DNA of 63,933 nt, filler included, from Saprolegnia diclina VS20 (taxonomy: Eukaryota), in assembly GCF_000281045.1 (NCBI RefSeq). It is 5 parts of 2 records of this genome, joined end to end, with 100 filler letters (N's around TTAATTAATTAA, not from the genome) between each part and the next. Parts side by side here need not be neighbours in the genome. Positions count along the whole stretch, not along the records: positions 1 to 31,291 come from NW_008246095.1; 4 more parts are not named here. One strand, written 5' to 3'. Positions 13,398-26,114 of the stretch are shown piece by piece. The translations under genes and the position numbers were made by a program. Each line of letters opens with the position of its first letter. Positions within the stretch are counted from its first letter, which is position 1. The notes under the pieces are model-generated. The model did no database searches. It was not told the DNA's origin and saw nothing but the letters and a program-made list of their open reading frames with translations.

Positions 13398-15371
13398 TTA
13401 AGGGTGGACGGCACGGGTTGTCGGCGATACGCAGAGCCAAGTGGCACCGTTCGTGGTCGGGAAATGGTACGTCTCGCCATGGTCTTGCACGACGCGTGAG
13501 AACGGCAGTGGGTGGTGCAGCGTAACTTGAGCCACTTTTTTCTCAAAGTTCAAACTCACGCCGACACACGTGGCGTCCTTCCAGCGCTCGACGAGGTCCC
13601 GTCGAATGTTGTGCTTCTCATCCAGGGCCAAAATGTGATCTTTGATCTCGTCGTTCGTGACGACGCGGACGCGGTGGCCATGGACGCCAGCCTTGGCGTC
13701 CAAGCTCAGGAGGTAGAACGTTGCATACATCCAGTAGAGGTCATCGGACGCCACCTACACCAGATGGAGCATACATGCTAAGACAAGTTGTCTGCATTAC
13801 CTCTCGCCGCGCGGGGAACGCAAAATCGTCGGTGGCCCACGCGTCCAGAAAGGCCTTGTCTTCGGCCGTGCGCGTACGAAAGTACCGCGTGCCCGACTTT
13901 TTCTACCCAATGTATGACAACTTGTGCGTCGGCTACGAGAGGTGGACGTACGTAGGAGTTGCGGTTGGCGGTCTTGACACTCAAGTACGAGACCTCTTCG
14001 AAATAGTAGGCCGGCATCGTCGCCGACGCCACGTGGCCCTCGGCTTGGACGGACTTGGCGAGCTGGTCAATGTAATCAAAGCGGAAAGCGCCGCCTACCA
14101 ACAGGATCGTTCAATGTCTCTGGTAACAGCAAACACACCTTCAAAGTTCTGGTTGAGGTACGCGACATTGGGCGCATCGACGATGTAGTGTAGCTTCCCC
14201 GGTGGTACCTAATGATTCTCAACTCAACAACAAATCGACAACGTTTTGAGTACTGTACCATGGCGTGTCGGGTTGCGAGCCATTTCTCAAATGCACGCAG
14301 CGCTTTGAGTTTGGTTTCACGCGTCATCGGCGGCGGTGGCGTGGCCTTGGGGTCGGACGGGATGTACTGGCTCTCGACGCACATGGTCTCGACGGCCTGC
14401 AGCAGCGCCTCGAGCTCGGCGAGCGTCACAGGTAGCTTGGTCAAGGTCGCATCACAGTGTCCGCATGTCTAATCGCACGCCATTGACGCGACCATACATT
14501 GTAGCCAAGCGCACCGGAAGCATCGCGGCGTGGTCGAGCTGCGTCGTGACGTAGCCTGGTCGGTCGCTCGTCGTCGCCATCCACAGCGCAACGTCGTCGG
14601 ATATCAGTTGATACCGCAGCGCATTGAGCTCGCCCAGTACGTTATGAAAGATACACTGGTCGACGCCGAGTGCTTTGGACGCAAAGAGGACCTAGGACAT
14701 GTCGTACCCGCCACGTGGCCGAGTGGCCGCGTACCATGGTTGGGCCAACCTTCTCCGGCGGCTGCGTCGTGCCAATGGACTTGACATACGCCCAGAACGA
14801 CCACGCTTTCTCAAGCTCGTTGGCTACGAAAGGTGATTCGCAACAAGCGCAACGAGACGAGAGTCGAACCGTGGATGTAGTGCTCGAGCAGCGGTGCGTA
14901 CGATCGATAATGCGGCTGTACGTCCGGGTTCTTGGCGTGCTTCTTCTTGAGCAGCTCGAGCGCCAAGTCGGTGCGGTCTACGTAGCATCCACAGTGAGGA
15001 CAAGGAGAAGGTTGATGCCTATGAAGCTGACGTGACTGTGTCAGAAGCGCCACCATGGACGAGAAGGCGCCTTCGCGCGGCCCGAATGCGTCGTGCTCGA
15101 GCACTTGGCCAAAGAACGCGGCGACTTGGTCGACAAACGCAGGTGGCAGCGGCGCCTCTTGGAGACACGAGAAGAAGAACGCGTCGCAGCCCTTGATGTC
15201 GTACGGTGACGTGCGCGACTGGAGGACACCAAAGGCCTCCTGCAGCGGAACCTTCTCGCGCCGGAGCAAGTGGTGCATCTCGGGCGAGAAGCGCACAGCG
15301 CTCGACGCAGACCGACCTCGGGCCAAGAGCGTCGCCCAAGATCCCCGCGCCCGCGCCAAGTGCAGCATCAT
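13398..15371 (-). CDS. PRORP: protein-only RNase P (PRORP): PPR + Zn-binding + NYN nuclease, probable mitochondrial transit peptide; multi-exon
   Basis: Arg/Ser/Ala-rich N-terminus and PPR-like QPHYRSYAPLL. Zn ligands CGHC plus C-terminal YHFP...WLC. NYN motifs IVDAPNVAYLNQNF, SDDLYWMYA and VVTNDEIKDH. Confidence 0.88.
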
Positions 15372-15879
15372 GAAACCAGGAATTCGATGGCCCGCGTTTG
15401 ATTGGGCATCGGACATCCGGATGCGACCGGATACACTGAAAATGGCGGCGACAACCACCTTGCAGTTGCCGTCGCACGCGCTGACAACCGGCCCATTGAA
15501 ATGGACCTCCTCACAAGGTCTATTCCGAGCTCCTAGCTCTAAAATGGTGTGGTTGTGCTGGAAGTGAGATCGTCAGAGCGCTGTGGCGTTGATGCAGCCA
15601 CCTCCCACTGACCCGACTCTGTAGCGAGACTTCAAGGACTCCCCACGGGCAGTACGAGGGGCATAATACACGTCCTTCTCCGACCCAGTGAGATTGGGCG
15701 AATGTGGGTCGCTAAAGCGTCTGTACAGTCCGAGAAGAACGCAACCGCAGCCCAGAATTTTGCGAGCCAAATCCAAATGCACATAGCCCCTTTGAGACGC
15801 TGCAGAGACCAGCGCGTTGTCAAGACACCGATAAACTTGGCTCAAATTACCGGGAAAGAGTGACGAGGTCGTGTAGCTC

Positions 15880-17989
15880 TTACGGGACGCGCGTGTCATC
15901 AAAGTCGACGACGACGAGGTACCGCATGCGCATTTGCGCCGTGTTGTACACAATGTACTCGTTGTACTCGAGCCCGTTCTCCGTCGCAAAGTCGCGGCGC
16001 GCGAGCTTGCCCATGGGCACCGTGACGCCATCTACGTCATCCTCGTCATGATGCGCCGTCGAAAGACATGGGAAGCGCACCTGGCATGACGTGGTCGAAA
16101 CCAGAGTCCGGGAGAAACGACCCGCAGCCGTGGACGCTGTCGTAGGCGACACCGTCGACGCGACTCTTGACCGACGCGTCCGACGCCGCCGTCACATACG
16201 ATGTGCCAAGCGCCACCTTTTGCCGCATGAGGAAGCGGCGATACGGTCGCATGCGAACCTCGCAGAGGGCAAGGAGCCCCACCTTGTTTGAATGGCAGTA
16301 GCCCACCGAGCGCGACACCTACGCTGGGTCGTTGCAGCATCTTCCCTCGCAAAACGCAGTCTTACCGAGTCGCTAAAGTAGAGGCCGACGCCAAAGCTCT
16401 GGCCGTTCGTGCGGACGTTGGGCGGTGCAATCTTCAGACCTGGACCGCACGATATCAGCGGCACCGAGCAAGGAATCGCACCGCTTCGGAGAATGCTCGG
16501 CCAGTTGTTGAGCGCGCTGCCGTGCCAGAGCAGCTATGCATGCGTGAACCTTCGTCGGCCCCGCACATGTGTGCACCTTGCGGTTGTGCAGCGTCGCAAA
16601 GGCTTGAAAGCGATCCGACTCGATCTACACCTCGTTGCAGCGTCCTATAGCGTGCTGCGAGGGTCGACCTGCTTGTCGACTTTGTACACGCAGCGCAACG
16701 TGAGCGGGAACTTGAGAGGCACCTTGGTATTGTCGAAGTACGTTTGAATGAGCTTGCGCGCGGGCGAGGCGAACGAGAGCAGCTGCAAGTCGCAGCGCAG
16801 GGCCCGGAACTGCGCATGGAGCGGATCCGAGAGGCCCGCCTTGGGCTTGCCCTAGGTCGCCACGTCAGCCTCCTCGTGCAAAGCCATCGACGCTGCATAC
16901 AAGAAAGTGCGTAGTCAGGACCTCGGCCATGGCGTCGATGCGACTGTGCGTGTCGAGCACGTGCTGGCCAATGGGCTCGGGTCCAAAGCAGTGGGGTACG
17001 ACTACAACGAGGAGCGTCAGCCCTTGCACCCAAGCGCGGTCTCGTCACGGGCGTAAAAGTGGCTCGAGAGCAAAACCAGCGACGAGCGCTGCCGCGTGCG
17101 CGACGGCGCGGCCGCCAAGACGCCGCGCATCTCGTCCAGGAGCGCGATGGCCTAATACATTGTCTTATGCCAAAGGACAGGTTTGTGCAAAGCCATACAC
17201 GGTCGAGGGTGTGCTTGGAGAGCAGCACCTACGCAGTAGCATCGTAGCCGTTTGCGCATATAGGCGGTGGACTGCAAGCGATACCGGCAACGGCAACGGC
17301 GTCGGCGTCGGCGTCCGTGGACGAAAGTTGCACTCGTCCAGCAGGGCCATGATATGACGCACCTCGGACGTCAAGTGCTGCGGACTTCCGAGGTCCACGT
17401 CCACAAAGCTAGCATGTCGACAGCTGGCGTGAAACACACAAGTTCTAGGACGGTGTACGTGTAGTCGCCTCGGGCGTCATGGAGGAAGCGGTTGCGCCAT
17501 GTGATGCCCGTCTTGGCCAAGAAGGCCGCTTGAAACTTGTGGAGGGCGTCGTCCACATTTGCCGCGACCGCGCATTTCGCAGCGCTCGCCTAGAGCAACA
17601 CGCGGTGGGCGTTGCAGTACAAGAGCTTTTGCGTACGTCGAGCGCAACGTCGTGGCCGTAGTGACGCTCGACATGCGTCGTGCGCTCCCAGAGAAAGTAG
17701 CTGCCGTTGGCGGTGCGCAGCACTTGCAGAAGAAGCTCGCAGTTCTCATCCGCATTGATATCCACCTACACCACGCGGTAGGTGTGGCCATCGTACTGGT
17801 AGCGTATACGCGGTGGAGGCGCGCCGAGTACAGCGTGGTCTTGTCGGCGTGCACGACCGCCGGTCCGAGGTGCGCGGTCGCCGCCGGGTCCACGTGGTGC
17901 GTTGTGGCGGCGGCCAGCTGCGATCGCTTTGGCTTAGATTTGACGACAGTCGTTGCTGAGGGTTTGCGCTCTTTGCCTGCCTTCTTCAT
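15880..17989 (-). CDS. poly(ADP-ribose) polymerase, PARP2/3-like (WGR-like + regulatory + catalytic), multi-exon
   Basis: LLWHGS...GLKIAPP...FGVGLYFSDS...LALCEV...LEYNEYIVYNTAQMRMRYLV, giving the H-Y-E triad. WGR-like FQAAFLAKTGITWRNR. Confidence 0.9.
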
Positions 17990-18173
17990 GCCGAACTCTG
18001 CGATTCTTCCAACATGGACTCTCGCGCCCGTTGACGTGGGACCCGGCGCATGCGCGTGAGACAACGGACGGCGGGAGGGCGGTGTATCGAAGACGAAGAA
18101 TGTGGCAGAAGAAGAGGTCTATTAAGAGATGATGGGCGCGACGACAGCGCGCACACTATGGAGAAGGGTCGCG

Positions 18174-18482
18174 TTACTTGTCGGCCTGCTTGCTCTTGCT
18201 CTTCTTTGTGTATTCGCGCGACGGCGGGATCGGAAGCACGTTGGCGAGGCCCAACAAGAACGAGACGCGGTCGCTCGGCTGCGCGCCGACGCTCAGCCAG
18301 TATTTTACCCGGTCGTTGTGCACGCGGAGTTCCTTGACACCGTCCTTGGCCGCGATCGGGTTGTACGTGCCGAGGATCTCGAGGTGGCGACCATCGCGCG
18401 GGCAGCGCGCGTCGGCGGCGACGATACGGTAGAAGGGCGAATGCGTGCGACCCCAGCGCGCAAGGCGAAGACGGACAACCAT
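18174..18482 (-). CDS. rps16: bacterial/mitochondrial-type ribosomal protein S16 (nucleus-encoded)
   Basis: MVVRLRLARWGRTHSPFYRIVAADARCPRDGRHLEILGTYNP...VKYWLSVGAQPSDRV. Confidence 0.95.
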   Translation of the reverse strand: MVVRLRLARWGRTHSPFYRIVAADARCPRDGRHLEILGTYNPIAAKDGVKELRVHNDRVKYWLSVGAQPSDRVSFLLGLANVLPIPPSREYTKKSKSKQADK

Positions 18483-18865
18483 GCTGGCAACGAAGACGCG
18501 GAAGTTGAGCAATGGTACCAGCACACCTCCACTGGTTCTTTTTAGCCAATGGCATCGCATCACAATATTTTGACCAATCGCTGCATCGGATACGAAGAAT
18601 CCGCTCAGCAATGCAATTGATTGCGAGCGTTGCAAAAGGCGACGGTGGCGTCCAAGAGGAGAGGCCGCGCCAGCACAAGGACGCTGCTCGAGAGAACATC
18701 TTGTGGGTGTTATGAGTCTGTCGTTATACGCGCTGTGCAGCGAACATCGTCGCAATCAGAACGGGGTGCAAAAAACTGGCATCAGATCTTATTGGCTGAA
18801 ATCCGATGCATTCTTGACATTTTTGACCCAATCGCGTCCGAACCGTCGCCCAAGATCCGCGGGCG

Positions 18866-19885
18866 ATGCTGCCAGCGCAGGGCCTGCGGCTTGCCGCTGC
18901 CGCATCACCGCTCGTCTTTGTCATTGGCGCGAAGAAGAAGCATCGAGTGGAACTGACCAATGGCGAAGAGGTAGCTGTCGTCTTCAAGGTGCAATGCACC
19001 GAGTCGTCGCGCTTCCGCCTGCAGCCGTCCAAGGGCGTCGTCGCCGCCAACACGTCCGTTGCCGTGCACATCCAACTCGCATCCCATGTAACCACGCCCC
19101 ATGGCTCTATGGCTCATCCACGAGTACATGGCGTATGTATGTAGACCATGGGCGAAGCCAACTGCACCTTTCTCGTTCTCTCCAAAGCCGTGACGTCGCC
19201 CGACGCTATTGCCAGCGGCGCCTGGGTCAAGGACGACGATGTCGCCAAGCTCTACGTCAATGCCGAGATTCGACTACAAGCATCGAATGACGGCGATGTA
19301 TTGAGCGTGGCTGATGCATCGACCGAGGCGGAAGGCGACGTCAGCGCTCTACTGTCGGTGACCGTCGCTGCAAGCTTGCCCGAGACATCACAATGCCAGA
19401 TGACACATCCGCTGCCGACACCGATGGCTCTGGCGATCGAGATGTCACCACAGCTTCCGTCCGCGCTCACGGAGGTCGCTCCGTTGCCGGACACAGCGCG
19501 GCCCACAAGCCCCGATGAGCGGCGCGTCGTGCGGCTTCTCGTTAAAAACAAAAGCCGAAAGTCGTCGAATCGGCTCTCGGGGGACGAGATTGCATATTTG
19601 CGGCAGTGTAAAGCCGCGGTGCCACCGTCTCGCTGGCACCGATGGGAGACGACTGCACTGGACGCCCGCACGTCACTCCAAGGCGAGAAAAAGCGGCGGG
19701 CATCCTCCAATGCCTCGTCGTCGTCGGCGTCGCTCGTGTTGCACGAAGACGACGTCGCGTCACTGCTCACATCCCCGCGGTACGGAAAGAGTGGTCACTC
19801 GGTGATTACCGAGTCGGAACAAGCAAGTCTCTGCTGCGGTACGCCGCCTCGCTCATCGTTCGAGAGTTCACACTTGGATTCTTGA
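18866..19885 (+). CDS. MSP (motile sperm/PapD-like) domain protein with low-complexity C-terminus (1 intron)
   Basis: VELTN...VAVVFKVQCTESSRFRLQPSKGVVAANTSVAVHIQL matches the MSP-domain pattern. It splices into ORF 19148-19885. Confidence 0.65.
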
Positions 19886-20529
19886 TCAACTAGAGCCCGT
19901 GGACAGCGTGGATGCCGAGGTGTATGTTCCGATGCGCAACGACGCACCCCATCATTGTCGTCGGCGAGGGGCGTGCGACGACCAAGGTCCGTCGTGCATG
20001 GAGCCTGCATGCCTCTGGGCCCGGTACATGCTCGATGTGTGCATACAGCAACTTCAGCACTCGGTGAGCGTACGTCTTATCAGTACTGAGATGCTTTGTC
20101 ACGTTTCGTCGAACAGATTGGTCGCACGATCGCCAGTGCTCCCGACGACGCCAGCAGCGCTTTGGCACGCATTACCAAATCGGCCCAGGAGATTGTGATT
20201 TTGCATCGCACGAACCCGTACTTTGACGATGGGTTTCGACCAGGCGGGTCGACGTCGCCGCCATGGCCTGGCGCTACCGAATCCTGAGACGATCGTGTAC
20301 TCTATTTAATACCAGATACTTGTACCAGTACAATTCTAGCTGTCGAGCAACGGCACTTTGGTATCCAGTGCGACGACCATTCGCCGCGATTGTGACTGGA
20401 ACCAAAACCATGACGTGGCATGCTCTCTGGAACCTGAAACTGTCACCAACTTCAACTTTGACGCAATACGATTGGTTTCACTGACACATAAAACAACGAA
20501 TGCATTGTAGTTAGCTCGTTGCACGATGT

Positions 20530-21537
20530 TTACGTGGACGTGGCTTCCTCGAGGCACGCGTCCGAGTTGCCATTCCCGCCCGGATACGAAGTACCAAGCG
20601 CGTTGAGGAGGCTGCCATCAGCGTCGTCTTGCGTCACCTCCCACGCAAACACACCACGAAGGTTCATGCACGCGGTGAACTTGGCTTTGGCCGTGATAGA
20701 CGTCGGGTTGTCGTACGTGATCGTGCGACCGTCCTGGACGAGCTGCGGTGTGAACGACGCCTCGTTCATGAAGAATTCCCAGGAGCTCTCGAGCGGCTTG
20801 ATGTCACGGTATGTGATTGCCTTCTTGCCTTCGTAACCGTAAAACGGCACGCCGACAACGAGCTTGCTGGCAGGGACACCTGCACCGAGCCAGTTGCCGA
20901 CCGCCGACTGGACGCTGCTGTCGTCGCCCATCAGCGCTGCGTTCGGGCGACCGTCGTTGCTGTACACGTTGTCGTAGAGCATGAGGTTCACAAAGTCGAG
21001 GCTTTCGTTGACGATCGGCGCCATCTGGTCGCGCGAGATCCAACCGGGAAGCGCGGCCGACACGACTTTGCCGGCGCCGAGCGCCTGGCGCACTTGCTGC
21101 GCGAGGACGCGGTAGTTGTTGAAGTCGCTGTCGCTGTCGGGGAACTCCCAGTCGATGTCGACGCCTTCGAGGTTGTATTTGTTCACAAGCGAGCGCACGG
21201 CCTGTACAAACGTGTTGCGAGAAGCGGCAGACGCTGCGAGCGGTGGGAAGTTGGCGCTTTGACCGCCGCCACCGATGCTGAGGACAGGCTTGGCCCCCTT
21301 GGAGCGCACGACTTGAGCAAAGTGCGCGAGGCCTTCGGGTGTGGGCAGCGACCCGTCCGCGTTCGGAATCACAAACGCGTAAAAGACGTGGGTCGACGCC
21401 TTGAGTTGGACGTCTTCGATGCGGGGAGCCTCGGGGCGGTTGGGGTAGTACATCCCGACGACACGCGCCGCGTCCGCTTGCGGAAGGGCGACGATGGCGA
21501 CGAGGGCGAGGGCGAGCGAGGCAAGGTAAGACTTCAT
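20530..21537 (-). CDS. secreted glycoside hydrolase family 18 (chitinase-like), intronless
   Basis: Signal peptide MKSYLASLALALVAIVALPQADA, VLSIGG motif, catalytic EGVDIDWEFP, then LMLYD, KLVVGVPFYG and GVFAWE. Confidence 0.93.
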   Translation of the reverse strand: MKSYLASLALALVAIVALPQADAARVVGMYYPNRPEAPRIEDVQLKASTHVFYAFVIPNADGSLPTPEGLAHFAQVVRSKGAKPVLSIGGGGQSANFPPLAASAASRNTFVQAVRSLVNKYNLEGVDIDWEFPDSDSDFNNYRVLAQQVRQALGAGKVVSAALPGWISRDQMAPIVNESLDFVNLMLYDNVYSNDGRPNAALMGDDSSVQSAVGNWLGAGVPASKLVVGVPFYGYEGKKAITYRDIKPLESSWEFFMNEASFTPQLVQDGRTITYDNPTSITAKAKFTACMNLRGVFAWEVTQDDADGSLLNALGTSYPGGNGNSDACLEEATST

Positions 21538-22645
21538 TGCAGTGGTGCTGATGAGGCGGCAAATGGGATAATGAGCTCGAGCGCGCGGAAGACAATGGCT
21601 GAACATTGCACCACTCGCACCCACGGCAAATATCCTTTTCGAAGAACGCGCAGGCGAGCACCAGCCGGTCTCCATGCACGCAGCAGCTGATTAAGCACTA
21701 GAAGTATTGTACTATATAGTAGGAGCTATTGTGGATAGATGCGGTACGGCGGTAGAGTCGCAGTCTCGTGCGTGTGACTCACGCGTCGTTTTTGTCGTGC
21801 AGTCGTATTTCGAACACGTCTGGTTTGGGATTGGAGCTCAGCAACATGACGTGGCACTTCCAGAGGTCTCGGATGCAACCAAACGGCCCATTCAGAGAAT
21901 TCACAAACGACGGCAGCGCCTGTGCAACTCAGATTTCATTCATAGGCCGACAACAAGATCGCGCGAGGCGCTATCAAGGAGTCAACCCTATTGCAGACTT
22001 TACAATTGCAATGCGTTGCTTTGCTGCAGGTTCTTTTGGGAAGCAGCCTCAGTTTGACGAACGCCGACAACGTCGTGTCCGGAACGACCTGTTAACTTCC
22101 CAATCGAAGTTGGCGTGGAACGAGTGGGCTGCTACCGATAGGCCTCGAGCGCTGACACCAATCGCGCAGGGTTGTGGATTCTCAAAGACAAACATCTACC
22201 GACATACGGCTACGACGAGCTCCCTGGCGAAGATCGATAAAGGAGCTAGTATCCACGTGGCATTGGTCTATCTATAGAAGCGCTTCGCGACCCGCGACGA
22301 CTTTACGAGCCTCACCGCCCTAGTGCAGAACGAGGAGCATTCGACCGTGCTGACCAAGGGAAATGTCTTATGTCCCTTGGTGCTGACCGAGGCGAGTCCC
22401 CGCACGACGCAGTCTATCTAGCTAGTGAAGCACCAACCGTTCGCAGTGCGCCAAGCAGCATATACACAGTGTGGTCCAAGCAGGAGCTTCGTCCACTCCG
22501 GATGGTCCTTCCCGAAAGGGCGCCTGTCGACGGCCAAACTCTGTCAATGCCCGAAATAAACGCTGTGTATGTACTTCAACCTCGGCCGCGACGACCCGCG
22601 TCTATATATTTAATATTTACTACACCTAAACCTACTACAACACTT

Positions 22646-24098
22646 TTACGGCTGGAGCAAGCTCGATTTGTCCGAGTGTCGTCGGGGCGTGTCCACCAGC
22701 GCCTCGTCGTCGTCGTGGTCGGGCGTCGCATACGTCGTGGCCTCTGTCTTTTCACTACTTTCGGCGACGACCGCCGCCGGCTCAGTGGTCTCGGTCGACG
22801 TTGTTGTTGCTTCCGTCGCAGCGTCCGCAATGGCGACGACAACTGCATCCAACGACGGCTCGTCCGGGAGGTCGTTGCTCTCGGACCGGTCCTTGGTCGC
22901 CCCCAACGGCGTCGGCGCATCCAAATTGCCGGCAAGAAACGTCATGGTGCGGACTTTTTCCGGAAATTCGTCGTCGGCGCGCTGGAGCATGTAGTCTTGG
23001 TAGCTCGGCATAAAGTTGTGGATCGCATCGGCCACAATGTCCTTGACGCTCAGCACTTCCTTCATATTTTTGACAACCTCCGACTGCGGAATCGCTTCGC
23101 ACGTGTTCTACACCAAAATGAGTCCATTGATAGATTGATAGAAAAAACCGATACCTTGAATTGGCCGGCGCCAAACGAGAGAAAGTAGAGAATCGCGACC
23201 GGTGCCATCTCGAGCGCGAGCACAAAGTCGTTCCAGGCAAACGCTTGCTCCTTTGTTATGTGCGGGAGGCCGCCAATAAGGAGCGTTTGCCAAAATGTCA
23301 TGAAAATGACACTTTTGACCGCAAAAAACTTGAGCACAGGCGAGAACGGCGCGAGAATGTGCTTGGTCGCGAGGTAGAAAATGAGCAGGCCGTAGAGCGC
23401 GACGCTGTAGCTGAGGTTATAGACAAGCCATGTAAACCATTGAAAGCCGACCGAGTCGTACAGGCCAATGCCCAGCATACAGAGCGAGAGGATGGCCATC
23501 GTCGGCTTGAGAAACACAAACTGGATCGTCGCCTTCTTGCAGTTGCGCAAGAGCCGGCCGTCGCGCGCCATGGGCGGCAAGCAGTACCCGAACGGGAACG
23601 GGTGCACGATCTCGGCCTCGGTCACCATCTTGGAGACGCAGTTGGATTCGCCGCCTACTCGCATGTGCTATGAATTAGCATCTATCTTCTCGCTGCGTAT
23701 CATGACGTACCGGCAAAGGCGAGGACAAGGTTGAGGAAGCTATAGACGACAAACGCCTCGTACATGTCGCGGACCGCGTTGACAAGTGCGGCCTCGCGCA
23801 CAAACTTGAACGAGACGAACGACCCGATCGCGTACACGGGCACGATGAGCAAGATGCGCAGAATGTAGCGCTGGAGGTTCGGGCGCGTGTACGCGCGAAG
23901 GTGCTGGTACATGTTGAAGGCCGTGAGGCTCGTCGCAAAGAGCGCGGCGAGCGCGGCGATGAAGAGGCACCAGCCGCGCTGCGTCTCGACGAGGTTGAGC
24001 GGAAGCCCGAGGAGCGTGCCATTGCCCGTGACGTTGCCACCGAGGACCACGGTCACATTGACGCTCTCGGCGGGCTGGAACGCAGCGTCGGGCATCAT
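22646..24098 (-). CDS. TMEM184/OST-alpha family multi-pass transporter-like protein, multi-exon
   Basis: HLRAYTRPNLQRYILRILLIVPVYA, RDMYEAFVVYSF, QFVFLKP, KFFAVKSVIFMTFWQ. Confidence 0.92.
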
Positions 24099-25221
24099 TC
24101 GGCGATGGACAAAGCGCAAAAGTGGCAAGGCCAGTTCCGCGGCTGGCACCGTATCCGGATCCGGATGCAAAGAGGCTTATGTTAGGTATGTGGCCACCCG
24201 ACCGGAGACCGCGCCACGATGGGACATCACCGCATGGACACGTCGTAGGACACGACCGATGGTGCAGTCGTCGCGAAGAGGATCGGTTGCCGACTATTCT
24301 GAAATATATATATATTTGTCGGTCCTTGTTGTTGCTAACGCTGGTCGCTGTCAACGCGGCGATCGAGCCATGGCAAGCTTTGCCAACTCCAACTCTGTGA
24401 AGGAGAAACACTGGAAGCCAAGGCAAAGGCGTGGGCATGTGGCCGAGTGTTGCACACGCCAAGTCGAAATCGTTGAAGCGGCTTGGCATTAGAGGCAGCT
24501 GCCAGCGCGTCTCTACGGCAAAGAGCCGCAATGACCGCCAAGATCCACGACGTTGGCGATACCGCGAATCGACTTTGGGTGACCCGGCGATGGCGTGCAA
24601 GAGGTCGAAAAAGAAAGCGACCGGCACTCCACTACGCAGTACGGTATACGACGGAGAAGACGATGATGCTTTAGCGCAGGTGCGTCAACGGACCTCGTTG
24701 CAAGCAACACCGCGCGCACGCAAGCGGTTGGGTGCGTAAGCGGGGTGCGTAATGCGTGGTGTGCATACCGGTAGAGCAACCCCCTGCCAACTTGTCGAAT
24801 CGAAAAGTCCCTCGAAACAAAGGGAATAATTCATTAACCTTGCTGGAAAGATGCAAAAATATATCGTTTTGGCGCGAAATGAAAACAATTATGAATCCGG
24901 TCCAGTGAAAAGCGGTGTCGTTCGCACGGGCTGGAACATCCAGTGCGAGAGGCACGTCGCTGGTCGCACCAAGTTTCTCGTTGTCAACAGCATCCTGGAC
25001 AATATAAGCTGCAGAGCGATCCAGAGGTCGAGGTCGGACCGCGATCGGAATATCAAAAGTACTACATTCTGGGCAGTCGTTTGGGAAAACACTGTACTTC
25101 GCTCTTCCGTTTTTGGCCAAAGCCGATGCATCTGTGCATCCGACTAGGTTGAGGTGGCGTAATAAACCCAATGAGTAGCGACGTGGACAACTACAAACAG
25201 CATTTTCTTATCGTATTGGAT

Positions 25222-26114
25222 CTACACTGCAACGAGGTGGTGGACGCTGCTCAGCTTGCGGTGGCGCTTCTCCGGTCGCGGAGCGAGCGTCGGCAACACC
25301 ATCGCACGCCACCACGGCGAGCCAAAGACGCGCTCGACGTTTCGGCGCATCGCCGTCACCGAGAGCGTCTTGCGCAGCGGCTCACTCCTACATCCCAGCC
25401 CCTTTCATCTCCTGTATCCATACGCACCTTACCGTAGCAGATCCAACGTCGTTTGGCCGGCGAGAAGCAAGTAGACATGGACGACCCAGAGTGTAAAAAG
25501 CGCGAGGGACAAGCCGACGCAGATCACGTACGGGAAACGCAAGAGCACTTGGTCCGAGAACGAGAGGTCCGGTGAGCGCTGAGCCATGGCCGCGTCCGCA
25601 AGGTACGCGACGTGGGCGCAGTTGAGCCAGCCGTAGAGGAGGTAGAGCCAAAAGTACCCTATGCATAATCCGCCTTAAAAATTGTGTTTGATGTGATTGT
25701 TGTACGGTAGTTGTAGTAGCCAATGCAGTTGTTCATCCAAACGCAGTGGTGGTCGAGCTCGAGAATGCACGCTTCGCACGCGTGGCAGTGCGTGCAGCGC
25801 GGTGGCTGCGGCGCGTTGCAGTAGTCGCACAGAGTCGCATCTTCGTAGATCGTGGGCATCAAGCTCATCTCGCCGGGGCTGCTGCGAATGCACGACACGT
25901 GGTTCCAAAGCATTTGCGCAAAGAGAAAGAGCCCCAGCGCGCCGTGGCCGAACGCGATGCACGCGCCGTGGAGCGCGTAGAGAGGCGGGAGCATCGCGTA
26001 GAGGAAGGCGTAGAGCATAAAGGCCGAGAGGCAGAGACCGGTCGCGACGAGGAGCGGGCCCAAGGCCGCCTCGAGCGCGTCTAGGGCCGCCACGACCCGC
26101 GACCACGGGCCCAT
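25222..26114 (-). CDS. DHHC palmitoyltransferase, multi-exon
   Basis: CDYCNAPQPPRCTHCHACEACILELDHHCVWMNNCIGYYNYR|YFWLYL, flanking TM helices and a QTT motif. Confidence 0.92.

Noticed and set aside
19899..20287. Possible small two-exon gene
   Set aside because: Plausible splice sites but no homology or motif support.
24300..25171. Short ORFs between TMEM184 and DHHC genes
   Set aside because: No recognisable motif, weak codon bias and no consistent splice model.
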